Below, piece after piece: positions 28,701 through 37,401 of a DNA stretch of 64,000 nucleotides. Origin of the DNA: a bacterium. GTDB lineage: Bacteria > Hinthialibacterota > Hinthialibacteria > Hinthialibacterales > Hinthialibacteraceae. The first letter of the stretch is position 1. Each line of letters opens with the position of its first letter. The stretch covers positions 224,001 to 288,000 of the forward strand of contig CAXXMV010000006.1 of NCBI GenBank assembly GCA_963662285.2, given 5' to 3'. Both the position numbers and the translations under genes were made by a program. Under the pieces are notes generated by a model. That model did no database searches and was not told where the DNA came from. It was given only the letters and a program-made list of their open reading frames with translations.

Positions 28701-29507
28701 TTAGATAAAGCTTATGAAAATAATGATATGCGCGTATCCCAAAAATTAGCCGACGCATACCTGAAACAATACTCCTGGGATAAAGCACGGCAAGAATACA
28801 ACAAAATAGTCAGCAATGATCTAACCGTTCCTTCCGAAAGGCAGGTTGAGCGATTGCTGAAAAACTCCGAGAAAGCCAAAAAAGGGCCTGGTTTTGATTC
28901 TTTGAAAAAAATCGCTCAATCCTATTGGTCAGAAGCTCTTTATAATTTTGATGAACGGGACGCCAAAATTGCTGATGCTCTCAAAGCTTATCAAAACCTT
29001 GCCAGCCATTATCCTTTAGACGCCGACAATATGGACCTGCCTGACGATGGAGATTCTCTTCGCATGATTGGCATGATTAATTTTGAGTTGCAGAATTACA
29101 AAGACGCAATCAGGAGTTATGAAGCCTTCCTGAAGAAGGATCCCGAGTTCCCTCGAAAGGGGCAAATATCATATCGTATTGGTCAATCTTATATGAAACA
29201 GGGTAACTTTGATAAAGCAATTGAGGTGTTGACGGAAATTTCCCAGGATTCTTTGGATAATTCAATGCAATACGCTGATATGTTGATTATGCTAGGGCAG
29301 GCCTATCAAAACAAAGCTGATTACATCAAAGAAAATGAAGCCGATGATGTAATGTATCGGCAATACTTAAAACGCGCTCAGCGCATCTATTCCCGTGTTA
29401 CGCTCACTAATCAACCGACCAAAATTCTTGAAGCCAGTACGCTTAGCGCTGCTATTGAATCAATGATTCAAAACCAGCAGGAATTTTCTGTATCCTCGCC
29501 GGGATAA
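25764..29507 (+). CDS. large bitopic protein: IF2-N-like helix, acidic linker, one TM, long TPR ectodomain
   Basis: ILNLALELGV; D/E-rich tract; TM near aa 322-345; many TPR-like repeats. Confidence 0.8.
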   Translation: MNPSADKKPILNLALELGVRTETLQQAMRDMGLSADEFASFDADEESVIIEQLVSTGVVAENLIKGKGRRKLSDEPVIDDSILTEALGASESGFSDANIPRQILFESSFEKKPFLQRIFSKKKDIVNSLAESSFSSEDLESIFNAPSERGQDREQSPFQEIEEKDSKSSKKVAEKQPESIEELEEITADEISDDDGLSRESLLAAGISAEDLDEIEEIDESLLGDIEGVDLDDAEGLDDISADDLEDLGEIPEDESFEIDEDIEAIDSEDGLDEMDIELDEADLEGVEDEEGIPDDEDEDEYVPGYIEKLFARIQLTQQEMWTIMIGSLAIMLLLLGVTVYWWLYTSPKARLELLEEANKSYIKATDYNNNFNEKKMTWGKPRATLQNTITLYKDFIKRFDNHPKLTEAYKNMCDCYYMTALGDKKEGKSELSDDSFRQMATYYEKYLALLEREADKNVGGDNPAESFPNVIEQRNALLKIANAKRELKQYDAAVKSLEDFVERFRETKEALQAIVDIGDAYEQWADTKNDMELELLGKATTAYTQALRRIPADDHELRMALYAKIGDVRKKLYDNSLKNKRDDEANQYLDEVIANYEKGEEEGNKIDTRDLLPTEFKILKPKIQKVAKKLGDLYLLRGREAGKQWLEYEKTAEPYPDAIAEKQRLLDAADRERIITENFLNKANALYDQLLVDSELLSPEEYEDILYNKADCFYIVRDYPKAIKAGELLLKSERSPSDEAKTKILYLLGHSAWEDAKVTLDYTKVKDYYSQALAMNPLYPPEQNGKYSNLADIRLINSYYLYGNNKKYPEAIERFKAMIERFPKSGYTYLSVYFYADTLEKYGDDLSAKAQKLEDEAVNSSIANALLGQARKLRKKARDDGYEMAITQYEKAIIAREYSEEVDTLNQRFLKQIMYNQGHNAFKAGQYTKAEEYFNKALKKFGNDKTAEHFIPPAIERLGDINARLTNYSQAVRYYKEYLDKAYENNDMRVSQKLADAYLKQYSWDKARQEYNKIVSNDLTVPSERQVERLLKNSEKAKKGPGFDSLKKIAQSYWSEALYNFDERDAKIADALKAYQNLASHYPLDADNMDLPDDGDSLRMIGMINFELQNYKDAIRSYEAFLKKDPEFPRKGQISYRIGQSYMKQGNFDKAIEVLTEISQDSLDNSMQYADMLIMLGQAYQNKADYIKENEADDVMYRQYLKRAQRIYSRVTLTNQPTKILEASTLSAAIESMIQNQQEFSVSSPG

Positions 29508-29660
29508 GTCATTCCTTGCCGTTACGGCATTTTTTTCCTGCAATTTCTCCTTCAATGCAATATCATAAAACGTCTTGATAATAATCGCCGATGAAATAGT
29601 GGATTATGCTGAAAAAGGCGGTTTCATTATTATATCGTCAATTGAGAACTCAAAGGTTTT

Positions 29661-29813
29661 TGATAACAACCCCCTCTTGAATTATCCCCCAACTTGGGGG
29701 AGAGGGGTTATGGTGGCATAAATAGTTGTATAGTTATGGTTTAGGTGCACGGAGTACCGTTGATAAACATTCCTCTCCCAAGATTGGGAGAGGTTAGGAG
29801 AGGGTTGTTATCA
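29661..29813. repeat. ~150-bp double-hairpin element with TGATAACAACCC terminal inverted repeats
   Basis: Inverted homologue at 41511-41658; partial copies near 11895 and 35620. Confidence 0.8.
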
Positions 29814-30030
29814 GTAATCTTTGCAGAATAATAACCAACAATATCAAATTTACTTTTCAAGTGAGTTGCTTTATGGGATTATTGTAGTTTATCATATTGA
29901 TTATAAGAGACTTATGGCAGACATTCATAAAGCCGCCGCCTTATCAGGATTATAGGCAATACAATGCCCTTGTGAATAAAAATGTAAAAGTGGTGGATAA
30001 GTCTATTGTCCTGGAGTCGGTGATATTGTT

Positions 30031-30046
30031 TGGTATATAAATTGCT
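30031..30046 (+). promoter_or_regulatory. sigma54 promoter of flgB operon
   Basis: TGGTATATAAATTGCT, exact GG-N10-GC; palindrome GGCA-N6-TGCC at 29955-29968. Confidence 0.75.
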
Positions 30047-30089
30047 TATTAATTGTTGGAAAATTACTATTTTTATTTAAGAATGAACT

Positions 30090-30515
30090 ATGATAATTGG
30101 AAGAATTTTTAATAATACGACTCTCAACGTGCTCAAAAAGGGCATTGAGGGAACTAATCAGCGCCATAAGGCGATATCAAACAATATCGCTAATGTTGAT
30201 ACGCCTAATTATCAGCGGGCTACTGTCGGGTTCGAAGATCAACTTAAACGGGTGCTTCGAGGACAGGGAGTTAAAGGGGTGCGAAATCATCCCGACCATT
30301 TCATTATTGGCGGTCCAGAGGAAATCCCTCTTATACGGCCCCGCGTTGATATTGATGATGGAACCCGTTTTCGTCCGGATCATAATAATGTCAATATAGA
30401 CCAGGAAATGGCTGATTTAGCTGAGAATACCCAGCGTAACCTGGAATTTACCGAGTTGCTTAAACGGCGCTATGCCTCAATGAAACGAGTGATTCAGACC
30501 GCCGGACAAGTATAA
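30090..30515 (+). CDS. flgB: flagellar basal-body rod protein FlgB
   Basis: ISNNIANVDTPNY; NNVNIDQEMADLAEN. Confidence 0.95.
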   Translation: MIIGRIFNNTTLNVLKKGIEGTNQRHKAISNNIANVDTPNYQRATVGFEDQLKRVLRGQGVKGVRNHPDHFIIGGPEEIPLIRPRVDIDDGTRFRPDHNNVNIDQEMADLAENTQRNLEFTELLKRRYASMKRVIQTAGQV

Positions 30516-30550
30516 TCAAGTGATGGTAAGATAGTAGCGGGAGCAACTTA

Positions 30551-30988
30551 ATGAGTTATCAGATTTCCACTTCGGGCATGACAGCCCAACGCATACGCAT
30601 GGATGTAATATCCAATAATATTGCGAATGCCAATACAATGGTGACTGCCGAAGGTTCGCCTTTCCGCCGCCGTCAGGTTCTTTTCGAAGCGCCGGGGCGC
30701 ACTTTTGCTGAATCCATGACAACCGCCCGCCGTCGTTTGAATCGTATGATTGGTTGCGGAGTAAAAGTGCAGAAAATTGTTGAAGACCGTTCGGAAGCAG
30801 CTTATACTAAGATATTCGATCCGGGGCATCCATTCGCCGATGAAAATGGTCTGGTGCTTAGGCCTAACATCAACGTCACTACTGAGATGGTTAACATTAT
30901 CGATGCTTCCAGATCTTACGAAGCCAACTTGACTGCTTTTAACTCTTTTAAGAAGATGGAAGAGCGCGCTCTACAAATTGGAACTTAA
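30551..30988 (+). CDS. flgC: flagellar basal-body rod protein FlgC
   Basis: SGMTAQRIRMDVISNNIANANT; PGHPFAD; ASRSYEAN. Confidence 0.95.
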   Translation: MSYQISTSGMTAQRIRMDVISNNIANANTMVTAEGSPFRRRQVLFEAPGRTFAESMTTARRRLNRMIGCGVKVQKIVEDRSEAAYTKIFDPGHPFADENGLVLRPNINVTTEMVNIIDASRSYEANLTAFNSFKKMEERALQIGT

Positions 30989-31041
30989 AGCGTTGTATAA
31001 ATAATATTGCTTTTATTGAAAACTCATAGGAAATTTGTATT

Positions 31042-31398
31042 ATGACTGACTTCAATTCTATTCCTATACCGCCACGCGGCATTGAATCGATCGATACTGG
31101 GAAACTGGATGGGATACAACCCAAACAAAATCAGCCGCAGAGCGGTGATTTTCAGAATCAGCTGCTGCAAGCGTTAGGGCAAATTAGCGCTGACGCCGAT
31201 CAAGTGGCCAATGCAGCATCTTCTAATTATGAAAATGTAGAGCAGGCCATGGGCATAGCAAAAAATGTCTTCGCCGATACTATGCAAATGCACCAAATGA
31301 TGCAAGAATTGATTCATCCTAATGCTAACGATGACTCCGATGGAGATAAAGAGGCTCCCGGAGACAAAGGCGCTAACGGAGATAAAGGAATCGGTTAA
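31042..31398 (+). CDS. FliE-like paralog (divergent)
   Basis: F...L..AL and V..AM..A...F...MQ pattern alignable to downstream FliE. Confidence 0.5.
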   Translation: MTDFNSIPIPPRGIESIDTGKLDGIQPKQNQPQSGDFQNQLLQALGQISADADQVANAASSNYENVEQAMGIAKNVFADTMQMHQMMQELIHPNANDDSDGDKEAPGDKGANGDKGIG

Positions 31399-31403
31399 AT
31401 GCT

Positions 31404-31727
31404 ATGGTAGATCCGTTGCGGGGAAGTCCCTCAGGGCCAATTGGTCCTGGACCAACCGAACAAGGTCAGCCTGGGCCAAGCGGTTTAAGAGAACCGTCTG
31501 CTCCCGGGCAATCTTTCGTTGATTTGCTCAAAAATTCCATTTGGGAAGTGAATAATCTGCAAGTTTCCGCTGCTGATAAAGTCCAAAAACTTGTAACTGG
31601 CGAGATCAGCAGCGTCCACGAAGTTATGGCCGCCACCGAAGAAGCCGGAATTGCTTTTAACTTACTTATGCAAGTTCGAAACCAGCTTGTTAAGGCCTGG
31701 GATGAACTGCGGCGCACTCCCGTCTAA
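31404..31727 (+). CDS. fliE: flagellar hook-basal body protein FliE
   Basis: SFVDLLK..VN.LQ; VHEVMAA; QVRNQLV.A. Confidence 0.92.
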   Translation: MVDPLRGSPSGPIGPGPTEQGQPGPSGLREPSAPGQSFVDLLKNSIWEVNNLQVSAADKVQKLVTGEISSVHEVMAATEEAGIAFNLLMQVRNQLVKAWDELRRTPV

Positions 31728-31957
31728 TAATAATTCCTGAATTCTTGGATTTTTTGAGATAATCACCAAGATAATCTCATAAGAATCACTGGGAAATGTT
31801 GAAAAAATCAAATACTTCAATAATTTTAAAAAGTTTTTGAAAAAAAAGCTTGATTTTTCTGCCGTGATGCGATTCAATATAGCGGTTCAAGACTTAGATT
31901 AATTCTAGTTTATGAATCATAAGGCGATTAATTATTGACTTTTACAGATTTATTTGC

Positions 31958-32024
31958 TAGAGTAATTTTAATGAAAACGTTCTGATTTGTGATAATAAAC
32001 GAACATGGTTTTAGAATCGCTTTG
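31958..32024. mobile_element. IS630-like MITE (inverted relative of 13659-13744)
   Basis: Shares GTTCTGATTTG and GTGATAATAAACGAACAT..AATCGCTTT. Confidence 0.6.
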
Positions 32025-32266
32025 TATGTAATATGAATTAAACGTATATATTAATATTTTAATTTTATTTAGCCTATTATGGGCTGTTAGGGTTGAGGAA
32101 CAGTGTGACTTGATTGATTTCCTATTGTCTTAGTAGGAAATAACGGGAGAGATATCTCCCGCAATCCGTCTTGCTTCCTGATTTACCTCCTTAATCCCTT
32201 TCATATATTCTTTTTTTTACCGGGAATCCCGTATATTTTTCTATTTCTGGAAGGAGGTAGTTTGAA

Positions 32267-32605
32267 ATGGTTATGACTGTAGCCGCATCATCGGATATTC
32301 CCAGATCGAATCGTTCATATATATATACTATTACGCTTTGGTGCATCCCGATTATTACCTGGGCGCTGATAATTGCCGTCTTTCTGCTTAATTCAAAGCC
32401 CAAAATGGTTAATCTGGTTCAGTTGGATAATCCAGCGCAGTTTTCCCGCATCACCCAAAAACTTGATAAGAATGGCATTAACTATGAAACTCTTAACCAA
32501 AATACCATCCTGGTTGAAAAATCGCAAAAACCACGTGCGGTAATAAATCTAGCCAGTGAAAAATTGCCGGGCGACAATTCTGATAATAATGAAACTGCTG
32601 AATAA
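32267..32605 (+). CDS. mini-FliF (TM1 + RBM1 only)
   Basis: RBS AAGGAGG; collinear similarity to aa ~25-105 of adjacent FliF. Confidence 0.75.
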   Translation: MVMTVAASSDIPRSNRSYIYTITLWCIPIITWALIIAVFLLNSKPKMVNLVQLDNPAQFSRITQKLDKNGINYETLNQNTILVEKSQKPRAVINLASEKLPGDNSDNNETAE

Positions 32606-32639
32606 GTCTTGATTACTTTTTGCTGTTAAGGATAGGGAA

Positions 32640-34244
32640 ATGAATGAATTTTACCAACAACTTCGAGAACAGGTTACCCGTATTTGGGAAAACATCTCTA
32701 TCCAGCAGAAAATCCTGTTTGTTGCGGCGCCGGTTGTTCTTCTTTTAGCTATGGGATTCGCAGTTTATCTGGCTAGCCGTCCTCAAATGGTTACTCTGGT
32801 AAGGATGGATAATCCCGCTAAACTTGCCCGAATTATAGAAAAACTGGATGCTGATGGCATTAAGTATGAAACTCCCAACGAAAATACTATCCTGATTGAT
32901 AAATCTCAAAAACCACTGGCGATTATGAACCTGTCCGGCGAAAGTTTGATAGGAACCGATACAGGCGCCGGGTGGAGCCTGTTCGACAAAACCAGCCTGG
33001 GCATGACCGACCGGCAGTTCGATGTAAAGAGCCAGCGCGCCCTGCAGGATGAATTGGAATATACTATTGTTTCCGGTTCAGATGATATTACTGACGCCCG
33101 CGTCCATTTTGTTAATCCGCCTGTGTCTCTGTTTTCAGAGGACGCCGCAATACCTAAGGCTTCAGTCAAACTGAATGCTTATGGTTCCATATCCAAGAGC
33201 CGTGTTATCGGCGTGCAGAATCTGGTTGCTGCCAGCATCCCGCGTCTTGAGCCTGAGAATGTCAGAGTTTTAGATAAAACCAATAAACTTCTCAGCGAAG
33301 CGTCCAGCGAAGAAACCGGCGTTGGAATGAAAACCAAACAGTTGGAAGTTCAACTTTCGATAGAGAATATTCTACGCGGTAAACTAGAGGATGCATTGTA
33401 CACTTTGGTAGGTGAAAATAATTTTCAAGTCACGGTAAACGCCATCCTCGATTGGACGAAAGAGCGCGTCGAGCAAACCGATATCCAAAGCGACAGTCAG
33501 GCTGTAATCAGTGAAAAGTCTTATGAGGAAGAGAATAGCAGCCCATCCATCTCCGGCCCTCCAGGAGTAGATGCAAATGTTCAGGGACAGGATACCGGCA
33601 TAGGCGCCCAAACCTCAGTCAACAATACCATTGCAGAAACCATCACCAACTATCAATATCCCTGGCTCAAACGTTTCGTTGAGGAGCCTATCGGTGAAGT
33701 AAAAGAAATTTCCGTCGCTATTGCGCTTAATTATGTTGAAGATCCAGACACTGGTGAAAGGGTGACGCGTCCGCCCGAGGAACTGCAGAAGCTGACTCGA
33801 ATGACTCGCACTAGTGTGGGGCTGCCGCCATTAGAAACAGCGGATTCTATTCATAACTTTGTTATCGAAGAGATTGCCTTCGATGAATCCGAAGCGAATG
33901 CATTGGCGAGAGAACAACTTTGGAAGAATATAACATCAATTATTAAAACAATACTGCCGCTGGTGTTGCTCTTCGCGTTGGGATATTTCGTTTATATCTT
34001 CTTCCAGAGTGCATTTGCTCCACCGGAAATAGATATGGAAGAAGAAGAAGAAATACCTATCGAGCCAGTGACCGAGGCCAAGGAACTCACTCTTTCGCAA
34101 CTTGGTCTGGCGGAGTTTGGCGATATCGCCAGTCTGCCTGCTGAAGAACAGCGGCGTTTGAAAATGCAGGAGCATGTTATCAATTACGCAGCTGAGAAGC
34201 CGGAAGAAGTGGCGGCTATTATAAAAGCCTGGTTGAGCGCGTAG
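32640..34244 (+). CDS. fliF: flagellar MS-ring protein FliF
   Basis: Two TMs; RALQDELE, ARVH..P..SLF, ASV, GPPGVDAN, P.EVAAIIKAWL. Confidence 0.93.
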   Translation: MNEFYQQLREQVTRIWENISIQQKILFVAAPVVLLLAMGFAVYLASRPQMVTLVRMDNPAKLARIIEKLDADGIKYETPNENTILIDKSQKPLAIMNLSGESLIGTDTGAGWSLFDKTSLGMTDRQFDVKSQRALQDELEYTIVSGSDDITDARVHFVNPPVSLFSEDAAIPKASVKLNAYGSISKSRVIGVQNLVAASIPRLEPENVRVLDKTNKLLSEASSEETGVGMKTKQLEVQLSIENILRGKLEDALYTLVGENNFQVTVNAILDWTKERVEQTDIQSDSQAVISEKSYEEENSSPSISGPPGVDANVQGQDTGIGAQTSVNNTIAETITNYQYPWLKRFVEEPIGEVKEISVAIALNYVEDPDTGERVTRPPEELQKLTRMTRTSVGLPPLETADSIHNFVIEEIAFDESEANALAREQLWKNITSIIKTILPLVLLFALGYFVYIFFQSAFAPPEIDMEEEEEIPIEPVTEAKELTLSQLGLAEFGDIASLPAEEQRRLKMQEHVINYAAEKPEEVAAIIKAWLSA

Positions 34245-34290
34245 AAGAACTTGATTTGGGCGCTTCTCGTGGGCGCCCGATTACATAGGC

Positions 34291-34514
34291 TTTTGGGAAA
34301 AGATGGGACACGCTTTCGCTTTGTCCCATCCTACGATGCTGCGGTTTAGTAGGTGGCTTTGGTGGGCTACGCTGTCGCTTTTAGCCCACCCTACGGATGT
34401 TTTTGGGGGAAAGATGGGACATGCTTCGCTTTGTCCCATCCTACGGATGCTGCGGTTTAGTAGGTGGCTTTGGTGGGCTACGCTGTCGCTTTTAGCCCAC
34501 CCTACGGATGTTTT
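34291..34514. repeat. tandem BIME-like array: two ~110-bp units, each with a family-D and a family-C GTAG REP
   Basis: GATGGGAC..GTCCCATCCTAC and GGTGGGCTA..TAGCCCACCCTAC repeated twice. Confidence 0.9.
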
Positions 34515-34544
34515 GCTTGCCCTAAGAGGGTATGAGGTTGAGGC

Positions 34545-35567
34545 GTGCGCGATAATCAGAAAAGAGACATCCCTGTTACCGGCCGCAAGAAGGCCGCTCT
34601 GCTGCTTTTGGCTATTGGACCGGATAGCGCGGCGGAGATATATCGTCATCTGTCGGATACGGATATCGAACAGATTACGCTTGAAGTCGCCAATAGTGGA
34701 AACATATCTCAAGAACAGACGGCCAAGGTCATCGAAGAGTTCTATCATACCGCGATGGCCAAACAATACATCAGTCATGGCGGACTCCAGACGGCGCGTG
34801 AAATTCTGGAAAAAGCGCTTGGACCCGGCAAGGCTATGGAGATTATCGAACATCTTCAGGGTATGCTGACCGGCAATCCATTTGATTTTCTCAAGCATGT
34901 TGATCTTAATAATCTGCTCAATTTCCTACAACATGAACACCCGCAGACCATAGCTCTTATTCTATCTCATCTCAACGATGATGCGGCGGCGGGGATTTTA
35001 TCTGCGCTTGATTCTGAGATTCAAAAAGAAGTGGCGTTGCGCATTGCTACCATGGATCAGACCAATCCAGAGATTATCTCTGAAATTGAACGCATCCTGG
35101 AAAAGAAGATGGCAACTATGCTGTCGCAGGAATATACACCGTCCGGCGGCATTGATTCGCTGGCCGAACTGCTAAACCGGGTGGATCGCAGCACCAGCCG
35201 CTCCATCCTGGATTCGTTAGAAAATGAAAACCAGGAATTGGCCAGCGAAATCAAAAAACAGATGTTTACTTTCGACGATTTGACAATGCTCAACGACCGC
35301 ACTCTGCAAAAGGTGTTGCAAGGCGTCAATATGAAGGATCTGGCGGCGGCTTTGAAAGGCGCCACCGATGAAGTTCGAAGCCAGATTCTTGGCAATGTCT
35401 CCTCGCGTATGGCTCAAACGCTGATCGAGGATATGGAACTGATGGGGCCGGTGCGCATTCAGACGGTTGAAGAGTCGCAGCAGAAGATTATAAATCTGAT
35501 CCGCACTATGGAAGAAAACGGCGAGATCGATAGCCTGCATGCTAGTGATGAAGAATATATTGGATAG
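34545..35567 (+). CDS. fliG: flagellar motor switch protein FliG
   Basis: KAALLLL, EHPQTIALIL, MFTFDDL, MGPVR. Confidence 0.95.
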   Translation: MRDNQKRDIPVTGRKKAALLLLAIGPDSAAEIYRHLSDTDIEQITLEVANSGNISQEQTAKVIEEFYHTAMAKQYISHGGLQTAREILEKALGPGKAMEIIEHLQGMLTGNPFDFLKHVDLNNLLNFLQHEHPQTIALILSHLNDDAAAGILSALDSEIQKEVALRIATMDQTNPEIISEIERILEKKMATMLSQEYTPSGGIDSLAELLNRVDRSTSRSILDSLENENQELASEIKKQMFTFDDLTMLNDRTLQKVLQGVNMKDLAAALKGATDEVRSQILGNVSSRMAQTLIEDMELMGPVRIQTVEESQQKIINLIRTMEENGEIDSLHASDEEYIG

Positions 35568-35570
35568 ACA

Positions 35571-36110
35571 GTCCCCTCTCCCGGCGGGAGAGGGATGTTG
35601 AAGATATAAATTGTTGGATATACATTCCTCTCCCAAGATTGGGAGAGGTTAGGAGAGGGTTGATAGTAATACCTGATGGGATACGCTATGCTTCTACTGG
35701 TTGGTGTTAGTAGGTGGCTTTGGTGGGCTACGCTGGCGCTTTTAGCCCACCCTACGGTTTTATACAGCGGTTTTTTGCATGTTTTGTGAAATTTCGCCCT
35801 CACCCTAGCGGGCGCCAAGGGCAGTGTATTTTCTGCCCTTGATTGAGTTTGCCTCTTTTATTTCAATAATTTGTATCAACGTTTTACTCAACAAATTGAA
35901 TTATGATTAACGTGCAATTATTAATTGTTGGATTGAATTCATTATAAAAACGTGAATATCATAGTAATTCTTCTGCTTTTCAATAGTTTTCGATCAAGGG
36001 CAGAAAGGACGCTGCCCTTGGCACCCGTATCGCAGTCTTCATAGCCATGAATCAAAGCAAAACTTTTGGGTAAAGATCAGCCCGGCGGGAGAGGGTTAGG
36101 GTGAGGGGGG
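35571..36110. repeat. cluster of mixed repeats (CCCTCTCCC hairpins, family-C REP, composite with family-A pair)
   Basis: Hairpins at 35571, 35625, 35722, 35810, 35994, 36080. Confidence 0.8.
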
Positions 36111-36183
36111 ATTTGAATCAATTAAGTTGATTGTTACAGATGGGACGCGCTATCGTTTGTCTCATCTACGGGATATAGAAAAT

Positions 36184-36669
36184 ATGAAAATATTCATTGC
36201 TTCTCCATTAGGATTTGCTGAAAGCAGCCGGGCGTTTATGACTGTTCTGGCTGATAAATTGCGCGAATTAGGATTTGAACCAGTAAATCCCTGGGATGCA
36301 TCCGCTGACCTGGAAGAAGAACTGCATCAGGCTGATTTGATTACTGAACGCGACGCAAGACAACAAACGCTCAACCTTATTTCAATGCGTATTGCGGAAC
36401 GCAACGCGTCTCTGCTGAAAAGCTGCGACGCTGTTCTGGCCGTACTGGACGGCTGCGACGTCGATTCAGGAACTGCATCTGAAATTGGCTACGTCTTTGG
36501 CCTGGGAGGCAAGGTTATCAATGGCTACCGGGGTGATTTCCGGCAGTCAGGTGAAAATGATGGCGTACAGGTTAATCTCCAAGTACAATATTGGATAGAA
36601 AGAAGCGGTGGATTAATAGTCTCTTCGCTTGGAGATATTGGAATGCTTAAGTTCGGGAAGAAGGATTAA
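36184..36669 (+). CDS. nucleoside 2-deoxyribosyltransferase family protein
   Basis: IFIASP..F; CDAVLAVLDG.DVDSGTASEIGY; GYRGDFR; NLQV. Confidence 0.88.
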   Translation: MKIFIASPLGFAESSRAFMTVLADKLRELGFEPVNPWDASADLEEELHQADLITERDARQQTLNLISMRIAERNASLLKSCDAVLAVLDGCDVDSGTASEIGYVFGLGGKVINGYRGDFRQSGENDGVQVNLQVQYWIERSGGLIVSSLGDIGMLKFGKKD

Positions 36670-36675
36670 CCTATA

Positions 36676-37401
36676 GTGGCGCGAATTATAAAAGCTCCTA
36701 ATGTCAAACAGGAAAAGCCTTACCGCATCGTTGAAACAGAGAAGGTCTTGCGCCACGCTGATGATGATGCGGCGGATATCATAGCAAAAGCTCATTCTCA
36801 AGAAGAAGAAATTCTCAAATCCGCTGTGGAGCAGGCCGATGGGATTATCGCCGATGCAGAAGGTCAAATAGTTGAAATGCACAGCCAGGCGCAAGCCGAA
36901 GCTGAAGTGATTAAAGAACAGGCCAAACAACAAGGGCATCAGGAAGGTTTGGTTCAGGCGACTAAAGATGCCAAACAGCAGGTTTCGGGCGTGGTTCAGG
37001 AACTAAAGAACATGATTGCCCAAGGACAGAGTATACTTGAAGGCATGATTTTGGATCAGGAAGAAGATATTCGCAAGTTAACGGTGGAAATTGTGGGACG
37101 CGTTATCCAACAAAAGATCGAGACCGATGATGAAGTAGTGGTGCGCGTTGCGCAGGAATGCATCCGGCAGGCTGCTGATAGACAGAAACTACGCATTCTG
37201 GTTCACCCGGATAATCAGCAGAAAATTGAAGAATGGGCCCCGGAATTCTCGCGTATGTTTGATGACATAGAAAAATTATCCATTGAAGCCGATCCACGGG
37301 TTCAGCCGGGCGGCGTTATCATTGAATCGGGCGCCGGTGGAGTTGATGGGCGCATAGATAAGCAAGTCGAAATACTAAATGACGTTGTAACTAACTCATG
37401 A
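36676..37401 (+). CDS. fliH: flagellar assembly protein FliH
   Basis: A...G...G repeats; VHP.; GGVIIES..G.VD. Confidence 0.9.
   Translation: MARIIKAPNVKQEKPYRIVETEKVLRHADDDAADIIAKAHSQEEEILKSAVEQADGIIADAEGQIVEMHSQAQAEAEVIKEQAKQQGHQEGLVQATKDAKQQVSGVVQELKNMIAQGQSILEGMILDQEEDIRKLTVEIVGRVIQQKIETDDEVVVRVAQECIRQAADRQKLRILVHPDNQQKIEEWAPEFSRMFDDIEKLSIEADPRVQPGGVIIESGAGGVDGRIDKQVEILNDVVTNS

Noticed and set aside
29715-29732. Second sigma54 box TGGCATAAATAGTTGT
   Set aside because: Wrong spacing, no GC at -12, and it lies inside a repeat element
34291-34514. CRISPR-like repeat array
   Set aside because: The inter-repeat segments are themselves repeated, the units are dispersed REPs, and no cas genes are present
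34281-34898. ORFs 34281-34898 (-) and 34303-34869 (+)
   Set aside because: Translations of the tandem REP array overlapping fliG; not plausible proteins
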